A stretch of 64,000 bases of DNA from Chromera velia (lineage: Eukaryota). A program made the position numbers and the translations under genes. Of this stretch, positions 12,791 through 24,882 are shown piece by piece. Under the pieces are notes generated by a model. It did no database searches. It saw only the letters and a program-made list of their open reading frames with translations, and had not been told where the DNA came from. The stretch's first letter is position 1; each line of letters opens with the position of its first letter. The stretch covers positions 62,001 through 126,000 of the forward strand of contig JAHBMJ010000212.1 of the NCBI GenBank assembly GCA_018398765.1, given 5' to 3'.

Positions 12791-14425
12791 TCAATTTGAT
12801 CGTAGAGGTCTATCTACAGACTGGGTGTTACTCCCTTTTCGAATCAGTTTATTCCCCCCATCCCTCCCACCCTCAAGCGCATTCACCCAAAAAGTGCACA
12901 TCTCCCCCTTTCCCTTCACAGGAATCCTGCCCCGGGGTTCAATCTGAGCCTCTGGGGCCTGCTGCCTCAAGAGCCTCTCTGCACTTTCGGAGATATGAAT
13001 TCTGTTCTTCTCGGAGTTCGATTCCATCCTGCTGGCGGTACTCACGGTGTCCCCGAAAAGACAGAAACGGGGATTAGCAGTGCCGACCACAGACGCTACA
13101 CAAGGCCCAACATGGAACCCCACACGAATGTTGATTGTCCCCAAATCGGGTTTTTCCGTGTGCACGACTGTCTGGTTGGCTACTCTGATGGCCTCAAGGG
13201 CGAATGCAGCAATGCGCCTGGTGTGGTCTTTCTTCTGCTTCTTCACGAGGTTCGTCACGCACACGTAGGCGTCTCCGATCGTCTCCACCTTGAAGACGCC
13301 GTGCTTCCCGGAGAGCTCGTCGAACGCCCTGCACGTACTCTCTCGATCAAACACGAAGGAAAACTCATCAATAGAGAAACGTACTGAGTACCTCCTTTTC
13401 TATTCTCCTGTGAAGCTAGATGGGCTACCCGCTGAGTGAGAGTTGGAGGACTGAAAGGGCACTGTTAGAACATAAAATTTATTTATAGAATCGCACGAAA
13501 GAGAGAGAGAGAGACGATCTCGATCTTTCAGGATTTTTTGAGTCAAGTGTCTTTCTTGCAAATGCACAAAAAGAGAGAGACGGAGACGGTACGGCCTTTC
13601 TGGCTAGAGAAACAAACTGAGGCAGGCAAGAAAACCTACGAAAGAAAAATCCTCATCAAAAATAAAAGGGCATCCAGCTGAATGGACATGTCGACCAACC
13701 AACCGATACAGACGGTCGAGCATGTCCATGATCTCCTCTGGAAGTAGGACGCTGCCGATTGTTGTGAACCCCACGATGTCAGAGAAGAAGATCGTCACCT
13801 GCATGCATGCATCCGTGCTCATATGAATATTCGCATGAATCATCAAATGATGCATGGCATGATGATGTGATGTCAGCTGGATGCATGGACAGAGGAGCTG
13901 GCTAGGGAGAATTAAAATCAAATCATCGATCGATCGATCATGCAAATCGATTTGTCAGTCAGGGAGGGATCAAACTGGCATGCAGACAGTACTGTTGCAT
14001 GGACAATGAAGAAATCATTTAATTCGGAATTTTATTTGATTCCGAAACTAGAGGAAGAAAACCCCCATGCACCATGCAGCAACAGGATGCACCCGCGGGG
14101 AGGGACACGGCACAAGTGTGTGTAAACAAATGCGTACCGCAACATGCTTTTCGCAAAAGTTCGAAGTGAGTCGATACTTGCAGGTCCCCCAAAAGTGTGA
14201 AAGACCGAGGCAACGAAGAAGAGAGGAATTGAAGAAGTGATCGACACAGTCTGGCAGAAAATCGATCTTTCAGCAAGACCTGACTGAAATGAGAAAGTAT
14301 GTGCGTGACTGAAGACCAAAGTCAGAAAAATAGGAGGCACACGTTTTCAGTTTGACTCTTGTTGCACTCACACAAACCGACAAACAGCTACAGCGACTGA
14401 TGTACAGATAGTCCCACACACAGAG

Positions 14426-14462
<37 letters not shown>

Positions 14463-15319
14463 CCACTGACCTCATCTCTGTGCAAAGGGTCAATTTTGCG
14501 TCCATCCTGCATCCATGCGTGCATCAATGCATGTGCAGATACATGTGCACATATATGTGTATGATATGGAGGGGAAAGAGAGACAGACAGACAGGCAGGC
14601 AGACAGAAAGACATTAGGGAACTAGTCCTTCAGGGGCCGCAGGAGAAAAAAAAAAAAGCGAATAGACACCAATGGAGAGAACAGAAACAAGAGAGGCATG
14701 CAGACACATTGGCAAGGAGGCAGGCAGACAGACAGACGGGGGGACAGGCAGAAAGAAAGAAAGAAAGAAAAAGTCGGACGGAGAACAACATCAGAGGAAC
14801 AAGTGTGCGGGGGGGCAAATCAGATGTCGAGGTTCTCGCATTGCATCGTAAATCCTTCCTTCATTACCTTCTGCATGGGAGACAAAAGAAAGAAAATAAA
14901 CGGCCGGACATGCAGCTCATCACCAATTGCACATGAAGAAGGAGAAGAAAAGATTTAATTTTCGTGTCCAACCCACCCACCCGCAGTGCCTCTGCAATGC
15001 CTGGAGGGAAGATCTGGTCCAAAAGTTGGGAAGTGGTCCTTTTGTTTGTGCGTCCGGGGTGCAGTTCTTTCTGGCGCTGTTCCAGGTACCTGAGTGGAAG
15101 AACAACACGATCAATGAACGTATTCATCAGCGATTGAGAACGTGATTGCACATGTGTGTGTGAAAAAGAAAGAAACCGGACGTGTAAGAAGATTCATACG
15201 ACTGGTTGCTCTTTCCATTCTCTCGTGTGCTCGTCGGGCCTTCATCCAAACAGACAAAAAGACAAACAGGCAGGCAGACAGACAGACAGACATACAGACA
15301 GACATGCAGACAGACATGC

Positions 15320-15358
<39 letters not shown>

Positions 15359-15363
15359 AAGAC

Positions 15364-15402
<39 letters not shown>

Positions 15403-15505
15403 AAGACAGAAAAAAAGACAGACAAAAAGACAGACAGACAGACAGACAGAAAGAAAGACAGACAGTCAGTCAGACAGACAGACAGACAGACAGACAAAAA
15501 AGACG

Positions 15506-15541
<36 letters not shown>

Positions 15542-15600
15542 AAAAGACAGACAGACAGACAGACAGACAGACATGCAGACAGACAGACAGACAGACATGC

Positions 15601-15641
<41 letters not shown>

Positions 15642-15674
15642 AACAGACAGACAGACATGCAGACAAAAAGACAG

Positions 15675-15705
<31 letters not shown>

Positions 15706-15740
15706 TGCAGACAGACAGACAGACAGACAGACAGACATGC

Positions 15741-15773
<33 letters not shown>

Positions 15774-15776
15774 TGC

Positions 15777-15825
<49 letters not shown>

Positions 15826-15836
15826 TGCAGACAAAA

Positions 15837-15877
<41 letters not shown>

Positions 15878-15888
15878 TGCAGACAAAA

Positions 15889-15919
<31 letters not shown>

Positions 15920-16617
15920 GAAGGTGAGGGGCTCAGAAGGAAGGAAAGAAGTGGGAGAACAGCAACGGAGGTTTGAACGGAAAGACATGCACGCACGCAG
16001 CACACACACTGAATCAACAATGCTTCTTTTGTGTATGATGGGAACTCTCTTGTTCACATGTTCTCATCTGTGTTGCTTTCCGTGCAGAGGTCCTCGGATC
16101 TTCGTTTTCTGTTTGATTTCTCTCTTCGTGCACACGCGCGCGCGTGTGCGTGTGAATGTGAATCTGTGAGTGAACATAATCATGCAAACATGTCTATGTA
16201 CATTGACGGAACTGGCATAGCATGATTTACGTATGCATATGGCACGTGCATCAGATATTTAATTCCACCCGACTGCAGCTAGGACTCACTTGTCCATTTG
16301 CTCCTCGTCCAGAGTGCTGACTGCGTTCTCGAACAGTTCGAGTGAGGGTGGATCGTCTGTGTTGGTGGTGCACTCCTGGAGGAGACTGACGAAGTCGGAG
16401 GGCAGAGTCAGCTTCCCCTCCTTCTGGCTCTTCTCGTTCTGTTCCAGTTCCCCCCTGATTACAAAGTCGATGTCATCACGACGTTGCCAGGCGAGGTCTT
16501 GGCCTGATCACCGTGCAACAGCACAGCAAGGGGGCGGCGGAAAGTGACTTCATTCAGACACAAATTCGCACGCATTCACACGCAAACACAGACACGCGCT
16601 CAAACACACACAAGAAC

Positions 16618-16658
<41 letters not shown>

Positions 16659-16771
16659 CAGAGAGACAGAGAGACACAGAGACAGAGAGACAGAGAGACA
16701 GAGAGACAGAGAGACAGAGAGACAGAGAGACAGAGAGACAGAGAGACAGAGAGACAGAGAGACAGAGACAC

Positions 16772-16802
<31 letters not shown>

Positions 16803-17644
16803 GGCAGACAGACAGACAGGCAGACATAGGAAGAAAGGAAGGCAGACAAGCAGGCAGGAAGAAAACTGAACGAAGGAGCCTGCTGCTGAGAAAATGGCTA
16901 CTTTCCAAGAAAAAACTAATTGTTTGTGAATGCCTCTAAGATGAAGTGTGCATCATCACTCACAGGCACGTGGGCGGATCATGCATGTGAATACACCAAC
17001 GAACACAGCTGTACCCACCAGTGACTACTCCGAGAATTAGACATGCCAGTGCGAGTATGTCTGTCTCCTCGCTTGCTGGTGTTTCAGGATTAATTCTCAC
17101 TGCTGTCTTGCCACTCTGGCCCTCTCTCTCTTTTTTGATCAAGTCGAGAGCGGAAGGGCACGGGAGGAAATCCGAAAGTTTGGCGGTCATGTGGTCATCA
17201 AACAGGACGTTCGAGGCGACGAGTCGGTTGTGGAAGATCGGGGGGTCCTGGTGAGAGAGAAACCGCAAGCCTGACACGATTTCCTTCATCAGCTTCTGCA
17301 CGAATGGCCAGTCGATAGGAACAGAAGCATCCCCGAGGAGATCTGCGAGACTGCCCCCGGTCTTGAAAGCAAACACCTGCATGCAGGTAGATAGACAGAA
17401 GGGAATAACAGGAGGGAAAAAAGCTTTCACTATCGTCGCGTTGCAGGGATTTATTCTTTCTCTGGAGCCTAATCACGAAGGCCGTTTCTTTTTCTGGAAA
17501 CATCCCACTCTTCCTTTTCCCTTTACTAAAAGGAGAAAAACCCCTCGGTTTTGACCTCTTGATTCCTTTCACTGCAACCTTGCTTGTTTCAAACTTTTCC
17601 AGAAAAAAAAACAGCACAACTCTGTTTTTGCCCTCCCCAAAACA

Positions 17645-17680
<36 letters not shown>

Positions 17681-17717
17681 CGCACACACAAACACACACA
17701 CACGCTCACACACGCAC

Positions 17718-17755
<38 letters not shown>

Positions 17756-18319
17756 ACATACACACATACACACACACGCTCACACACGCACACACAGACA
17801 CACAGGAGCATGAAAGAAGGGGGCCGGGCTGACTGACAGACCAGGAATGAGTGCTGATTGCTGTCGATGACCCCTCCCAGGAAAGTGACCAGGTTCGGAT
17901 GCTCTAGGTTCCCCAGCCGGTAGGCCAAAGCCGCCACCTCAGGCTCCAACTTTGCGTGGACCTGAGATAGCGCCCTGCATGCAAGTCTCCACTCCGGCAG
18001 TCAGAGAAACGTTCATGCAATGATCGATCGATCGATGTATCTTCGGGCACATGTGTTTTGAATTGCAGCCTGGTGCATGGCGTGAACGCACACACAGAGA
18101 GAAAGGAATTTGGAAGCATGGATGGAGAAAGCTTGGATCGATCTCAGGAGAATATCGTATTCATTTGTTTTGTGCACTCCTTTCTACTTCAGCAGTTCAT
18201 GTATACAAACATGCATACATACATACATACATACGTACGTATATACATATATATCTATACATATCCATATACATGTTTGTGTGTGTGTGTGTGGTGTGTG
18301 TTCGTGCGTGCGTGAGTGC

Positions 18320-18350
<31 letters not shown>

Positions 18351-18393
18351 AGTGAGTGAGTGTGTGTGTGTGTGTGTGTGTGTGAGTGAGTGA

Positions 18394-18429
<36 letters not shown>

Positions 18430-19862
18430 TGTTGGACTGACTTGGAGGATTGGCTTTTGCCGAAGAGCATCCCCGACCCTCTTGAGATTTGTCTCCGCAT
18501 TCGGATGCTGGGCCTCTCTCTCTCTCTCTTGCTGCTCATTGACACATTCATGCTATCCCTTTGCTGCTGCCTCTTCTCCCCCAACTGTAGCATTACAGGC
18601 GAAGAAACAGCAGGAGAAAGGGGGGGAGGAGAGACGAGACCTCCAGCACTCTGCATGGGTGAGCTGAGCCGTACCGATTGGCATTGTTGGGTTTCGTGTT
18701 TGTCTCTGGAGACTCCTGAGAGTCCCTTCTCTCCTGTTTCATTCAGAGAGGAGGGACACTGCGGGACTTGTTCTTCCGCCTCCTTCCGCATCTGCGCCAC
18801 CACCTGCTCCACCAACTCGGCGGTGAGGGCTTCCGGTCTCTCTGCCTCCTCCGCCTCCGCCTCCGCCTCCTCGTCGAATTCCAAAAGCCCCAAGCTAGGT
18901 TGAATGGGCGCCGCCAAGGCAGGACCCACCCCGGCTGCTGCACCCTCCTCCAAATCCAAGAGAGCTTTGATGTCCTTCAGATCAATTCCATGGGAGAGAG
19001 ACTCGAGACGGCTTTGGAGTCGCAAAGTCCTCTTGGTCGGTTTGGGTGAGAAGGAGGCAGAGCGGGAGTCCCCCTTTACATCAACTCCCTCAACGTTGTT
19101 TTTCTTTTCTGAGTTTGATTGAATGTCGGCGGAACACGTCAGGAAAGCACTACGGGGAAGGGGAGATTTGACAACGACCTTCATCCGACGGTAATCGGCA
19201 ACCACCACTGAGCACCTGCCATTCCCCCTTGCAATCATCACGGGCGGGTTGTCAAATGTCACAGCCGATCTGTCAATTCTCCACTTTGTGTATGTGTTCC
19301 CCATGCCGTTACTTCCTATATTCTGCAGATCCACCCGGGCCTCCACAATTCCCAAACCTCTGTCTTCCGCCTCCTTGTGAACTCTCAAACCACCAAACCG
19401 TTTCAAAAGGAAACAAGCAGGCAGAAAAAAAGCCGCTGTGATCACAAACAGCATCACTGCACCCAGCACCTGCGCACCGAACGCCTCCCCATTTCCTGTG
19501 AAAATCAATGATCCCTCTGTTCCGAAAATCCCTTCTGCAATCACCCCCCACATACCCGAGATCATATGCACCCCCGCTGCGGACACAGGATCATCTATCC
19601 GAAGCCGAAGAAGCAACAGATTGGAAGGAAGGATCAACAACCCCCCCACAGTTCCAATCAGCATGGAGGCCCACATGCCGTACCACGGACACCCGGCACC
19701 AATCGCCACACAACCTCCCAGTGCACCTGTGAAAATTTCAATCAACCCCAAGTGCCCCTGCACGCATACACACACATACAGATACACGCGCGCACATACT
19801 CGAATATGCTCATTCCACCTCCCACCCCACCCCACCCCCCACACACAAACACACACACGCGC

Positions 19863-19903
<41 letters not shown>

Positions 19904-20643
19904 TGCATGCCCCCCCAACCCACCCGCACCCACTCACACACTCACCCGTGTCCACTGCGTTTGCAGGGCCACCGCCGCCGCCCCGCACGACGTGCCCAGC
20001 AGAGTGTTCCACATTGCTCTGCCCAGGTTGTGCCCCAAGGGAAAGTCCCCGTACACACCGTTGACGAACGCGAACGCCTGGAACCCCACAATCAAAACGA
20101 AACTCCCAAGCATGAAGAACCTGAGATGAGATGAGATGAGTCAAGAGCAGTAAAAAAAGATGATGTACATTCATAAACCCGGACAGTAGAATGCAGACAT
20201 CTCTTTGAGCATAGAGCAGCACCGCACCCATGGAGGCTGTACATCCATGCCTGAGGGAGGGACTAGCCGATTCATCGGATGACTCAATTGATTACTCGAT
20301 TAGTCCTTGCGGTCTCTTGTGGGTCTGTCCAGGTCTCCCTCCATCTAAGTGAAACGTTGCGGTTCGGATGGATGCCGCATAGACGTACAGAAACTACTGC
20401 TCCTCACACAATTAAGGCACACGCAGTATGTGCATGTGAGTCGATCTTTGAGCTGACTGACTCCAAAGACGCTTTGTGGAGCTCCCTGGACCTCACGATC
20501 CCGTCTCGAAGCTTGTAGAACCTGCAGACGCACACATACACATACACATTCACACGCACGCGCATGCGCACACATTCACACACGCACACGAACACATTCA
20601 CACACGCACATGCACATGCACATGCACATGCACATGCACACAC

Positions 20644-20678
<35 letters not shown>

Positions 20679-20681
20679 TAC

Positions 20682-20722
<41 letters not shown>

Positions 20723-21234
20723 TGCACACACACGCACACAGACACACACACATTTTGAAGTCACAAACTCAAGTTCAAACGACCAACCACCAAGCAAACC
20801 CGCAGAAAACCCAACTGACTGCCCAACCGCACGATCGATCGAAATGCTGACTTCTTGTGAACCACTTTTGTTATTTTGTATTCGCGAGAGCATGTTGCGA
20901 AGACAATGCATGATACGTTTCCACCCAATCTTTTCGCGTCGATGAGAACGCAAGCGACCAACCAACCAAACAAACAGGCAATTGAGCTGACAGACAGAAA
21001 GACGGACCGAGCGAGCAACTCACCGTCCACTCCGAGGCCCAACGACTGCAGCAAGGACGAGACCTGCCGCCCCACCGACTACATGAACGGTGCCGCTCCC
21101 AGAAAAGTCTCTGAACACACAATTCAAAGCAAAACGTCGGGTGCAAGGGAATGAGTCGCTCGCTCGTACGCATACACAAACACAGACATACATACATACA
21201 CACACAAACACAGACATACATACATACATACACA

Positions 21235-21274
<40 letters not shown>

Positions 21275-21887
21275 AGAGAGAGAGAGAGCGAGAGAGAGAG
21301 GCACACGGACACGGGGGCTGAAGGAGGAGAAGAAGCCCATGCAGCAACAGAGGAGCAGGCGAGTCACTCTACTGGATCCTCTACTGCATGAACGACTCAT
21401 GTTCCGAGACGCCTCTTCAAACTCTCTCGCACCTGATCAGAGTGTGACACCAGCCCATGTAGATTGATGTATGTCTTTCTCCATTTGCACCCCCACATTA
21501 GTTGTTTCTGTGCATGAACCTAAAAGCGAACTGCCCAACCAACCGACCGAGCGACCGACCTGTACCCGAGGTCCCCCATCCACGGGAATGCGCCCTTTGT
21601 CCATCTGTTGCAAAGGGGCCACACGAGGCCCATCATCAGAGCCGACAAGAACAGGTAGGAGGTCAACCGCACTCGCCCCGCACTCGCACCTCTGCAATAA
21701 ATTAAAAGAGAGACAGAGAATTAAGAAAGGGGGGGGTTCCAAGGCACTTACCAGGGGCATCTGGTCGTCTGGGGAACAGAGTGTTGGCTCCACAGGGAGA
21801 CTTAAGAGGGAATTAAAACGAAATGCGCGCACGCGTATGGTATGTGTGGAGGGGACGGAAGACAGACAGACACACACACACACGCAC

Positions 21888-21958
<71 letters not shown>

Positions 21959-21959
21959 C

Positions 21960-22001
<42 letters not shown>

Positions 22002-23072
22002 ACGAGACAACTGTTGCAGCTGTGAGTCCGGCACAGAACTTGTAGAAGACGTATGTGAAGTTCAGTCTGGACTCAGAAGTCGCATCAGGAGAGAACCCAT
22101 ACGAGAGGAACCACCCCTCGGGCCCCGCCACCGTGTACCCGGGGGAGCCCTCGTTGATCGCAAACCCGGTCACTGTATGTATGTGTGCATTTGTACATGT
22201 ACGTCGTATATACGTACGTTTGTGCGAATTTATGTGTGTCAGCGTGTCTCTGGAAAAGAAGCTTCGATCGTGGATTCCTGCTCTTGTCGCCGGACAGGTT
22301 TCGTCTTTCTACACTCTCAGTCAATCAGACAGTGGGTCTTCACCTAGGCCCGCACAGACGACGCATCAAGGTCAGTCAAATTCGGAACAACGGGTCAAGG
22401 AGCTGTGAGTGAGCTGCGCTCCGGCCAAATGTGCCATAGTGCAAACGGATGCTTGGTGGAACTGCAAGGGCTAGAGGGAGGGGAGTGAATCGTTCAGCCC
22501 AAAACAACCCTGGCATTCATTTATTTGTCTCGACCAAACAGCACTTCACCTCCTGCAGGTCGTTTGATTCGATCAAGCTCCCGTCTACCTACCGGTGTAA
22601 GCGATGCTGCAAACCTGCAGGCAGGCCAAGAAGAATGGTTTAGCACAGGTTGTTTTGAGGTGGGAATGGTTGGTTGCAAAGCACTGACACAAATGGCTCC
22701 CATACATTTAGCCGGTTCCCCCCTCCTTTGTCCAACGTTAGGTGGTCTGAACTAAGTCACTGACTGACCACCATGTCCATGAGGTTTTTCAGCAGCATCC
22801 CAGCCACGTGTTTGGGCTGCACGAGTCCTGCCTCCACAAAGGCGAACCCAGCCTGCAGGAGGGAGCTAGGGAATGAACCAATACTGGGATACTCAACTGG
22901 TGTATCAGCCTGCACGTCTACCGACCTGGAGCATCAACACGAGCACTGAGGCCAGGAGGAGAAAACCCAGTTCGTAGTTCCCTCGTATCTGGTCCAGCTG
23001 TGCATTGTGCTCCTCCTCCAGCTGCTGCACCCGCAGCTGGAGCTCTTCCAGCGTCAGGGCCTGCACCAACAT
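12791..23072 (-). CDS. Ammonium transporter (Amt) domain - kinase-homology (pseudokinase) domain - class III guanylyl cyclase fusion protein, ~1224 aa, 16 exons
   Basis: Exons (minus): 23072-22926, 22852-22769, 22614-22593, 22172-22004, 21691-21560, 21110-21024, 20521-20462, 20120-19946, 19757-18442, 17974-17842, 17376-17019, 16503-16290, 15089-14981, 14506-14471, 13798-13704, 13328-12791. All are GT-AG and phase-compatible, total 3675 nt. Amt motifs: LQAGFAFVEAG..KN, TAATVVSGA, DFSGSGTVH, GPR.GRF, IDDPVSAAGVH, LRV...E..GL. Kinase-like motifs: VVVK, LEHPNLVTFLG, FHNRLVASNVLFD, KLSDF. Cyclase motifs: VTIFFSDIVGFT, KVETIGDAY, RVGFHVGP, PRFCLFGDTV. Confidence 0.9.
15250..15918. repeat. (CAGA)n compound microsatellite in intron 12 of the Amt-GC gene
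   Basis: About 670 bp of cagacaga with cagacatg variants. Similar (CA)n, (GA)n and (CAGAGA)n tracts fill other introns. Confidence 0.95.
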
Positions 23073-23370
23073 CCTGGTTCAAATCGTCGACCTTCACGTT
23101 TCTGTGGATGGATTTAAATTGAGGTGAACGACAAGGTCGCGGTCTTTCATTCGGACGCTTAGAATTCCACTGTTCTCTTCGATCTTCATTGGCTCGTGCA
23201 TGCATGCATGCACACTTGCTGATGGTACGTGTATGAGACTGAACTGCATTTTATTCAATCGTATTCTTTTTCTCACCATCCTTTGGTATCCCAACCTGTA
23301 ATTGACTGCATGAGTCTTTGTTTCAAGGTCAGACGATACGCTTAGTATAGCTGCCATGGCCGGATCGCGC

Positions 23371-24290
23371 TATATAAGCCCCTGCCCTTGAATTTTGTAC
23401 GCACGATTTGACTGTAGCTCTGTATTGATCCATTTTTTTTTATTTTTATTTTTTTGAAAAAAAAATGGTCGCTTCAAGGTGAATCCCTATTGATTTTGCC
23501 TTATAAGGGTATTGTCACGCGCGCGGTGCGCGCGAAAACGACGCAAAAAAAAGCGTAATTTATGGTCTAACAACCTAGCCGTGCGCGGCCCAAGCCGTCT
23601 CCGCGGCCACTATGAAGGGGGGCGTCTCGCGACTTTTTTTAACCCTCAATCAACTTTTGAACCCTTTTTTTTTCCCTTCGAAAAACTGAATTACCGGCAG
23701 GGGGGCATCTTTTTACTGCGCCTGCCCCTGGTTCCCGCCGCTATAGAATAAAGAAAATGGTGCCCCGCCTGCCTCAATCAGTCGCTATTTTCACTTCAGC
23801 CGCTCATTGCAAACAGCTGTTCCAGTAAAGGATCAGACCTCTTATCATTTAAAAAAATTGGAAGTATGTGCATGGCTAGACTATCAAGCAGGCTAACAAA
23901 GGAATCAAAACAGAAATTCGAACTATTTTTGGAAATTGTTGTGAGCGTTGTGGTGCTTCTGGCCTTCCCGATCTTCCTGGTGGGTGCAACCCGTATGATA
24001 TGCATCACAACAACTATCGTCTGGGCACCCACCGGAAGTTCTCCCTCAGGAAGATCACAATAAAAAAAATTAGGCACAGAAATGAAGACCAGTGGATCAA
24101 TACTGTTTTTAACACCAATCACCCAGACAATGTTGAATTGATCTGTCAGTATTGCCATCATGTGCACAAGCACGATGCCTACCGACATGCACCCGCACAG
24201 CCTGCTTGGTACAAAGCCTAACTTCAAAATTTTATCATCAAAATTTTATGCATTTTGACCGTATAAAATTCAAGGGCAGGGGCTTATATA
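23371..24290. mobile_element. ~920-bp TIR element in the divergent intergenic region, carrying an HNH nuclease remnant
   Basis: 23371-23401 (tatataagcccctgcccttgaattttgtacg) is the reverse complement of 24260-24290 with 1 mismatch. TATATA occurs at both outer edges (possible TA-type TSD). Confidence 0.75.
23880..24221 (+). pseudogene. Zn-binding HNH endonuclease ORF remnant
   Basis: In frame: ...FGNCCERCGASGLPDLPGGCNPYDMHH...NHPDNVELICQYCHHVHKH, i.e. a CxxC...HH...N..L.CxxCH...H pattern. Upstream in-frame stops at 23877 (TAG) and 23850 (TAA). Confidence 0.65.
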
Positions 24291-24585
24291 TGGCTAGCTC
24301 ATGGGCGGTCGGACCCGGCCCGCGCGCGGGCCCCCGTGTGCATGAAGGGGGAGCGTGCCATGCAGCTATAGGGTTCTATTGGGTTCTTCCATGGTTCTTC
24401 CCTTCTTCGGCCGGACGATACAGCCATGTCAGAGAATGTCAGAGATTGGATTGTCAGAGTGGAGTGCTCTGCTCGATGCCCATCCTTCAAAGCAAGACTT
24501 GTTGAGCCCAATCCTGCACGAATATTTGTTTTCGGTCCGCCCTCCACAGTTTCTTCCACTTCTTCAGACAGACTCCAAAACAAAA

Positions 24586-24882
24586 ATGTCCGCAGACGAT
24601 TTCGAATTGGCGGCCAAGTTCGTGCAGAACCTCCCGAAGGACGGCCCCGTACAGCCGACGAGCGAGCAGAAACTGAATTTCTACAAATACTTCAAGCAGG
24701 CCAAGGACGGAGACGTACAGGGCAGCCAGCCCTGGGCTGTACAAATGGAGGCCCGTGCGAAGTGGGATGCGTGGAACTCTGTGAAGGGCATGAGCACGGA
24801 GGACGCGAAGAAAAGTTACGTGGAGGGATTGAACGGAATGTTCCCGGAGTGGAAGGCGAAGGCTGCAGAGATGGGACTGTAA
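24586..24882 (+). CDS. ACBP: Acyl-CoA-binding protein (98 aa, single coding exon)
   Basis: MSADDFELAAKFVQNLP...KLNFYKYFKQAKDGD...ARAKWDAWNSVKGMSTEDAKKSYV, with the canonical ACBP YKQA-like and KWDAW motifs. Confidence 0.95.
   Translation: MSADDFELAAKFVQNLPKDGPVQPTSEQKLNFYKYFKQAKDGDVQGSQPWAVQMEARAKWDAWNSVKGMSTEDAKKSYVEGLNGMFPEWKAKAAEMGL

Noticed and set aside
15111..16939. Long ORFs of VCLS/QTDR repeats (similar ones at 8717-9188, 20400-21470, 25395-26504, 44400-45920)
   Set aside because: They are translations of stop-free microsatellites in introns or intergenic DNA.
18255..20231. 658-aa ORF as a stand-alone gene
   Set aside because: Only 19757-18442 is the true exon in this frame. The rest is intron, or exon 8 read in the wrong frame.
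24355..24585. N-terminal extension of ACBP suggested by the ORF track
   Set aside because: It begins at a non-ATG codon with no domain signal. The ATG at 24586 has an A-rich context and gives a normal-length ACBP.
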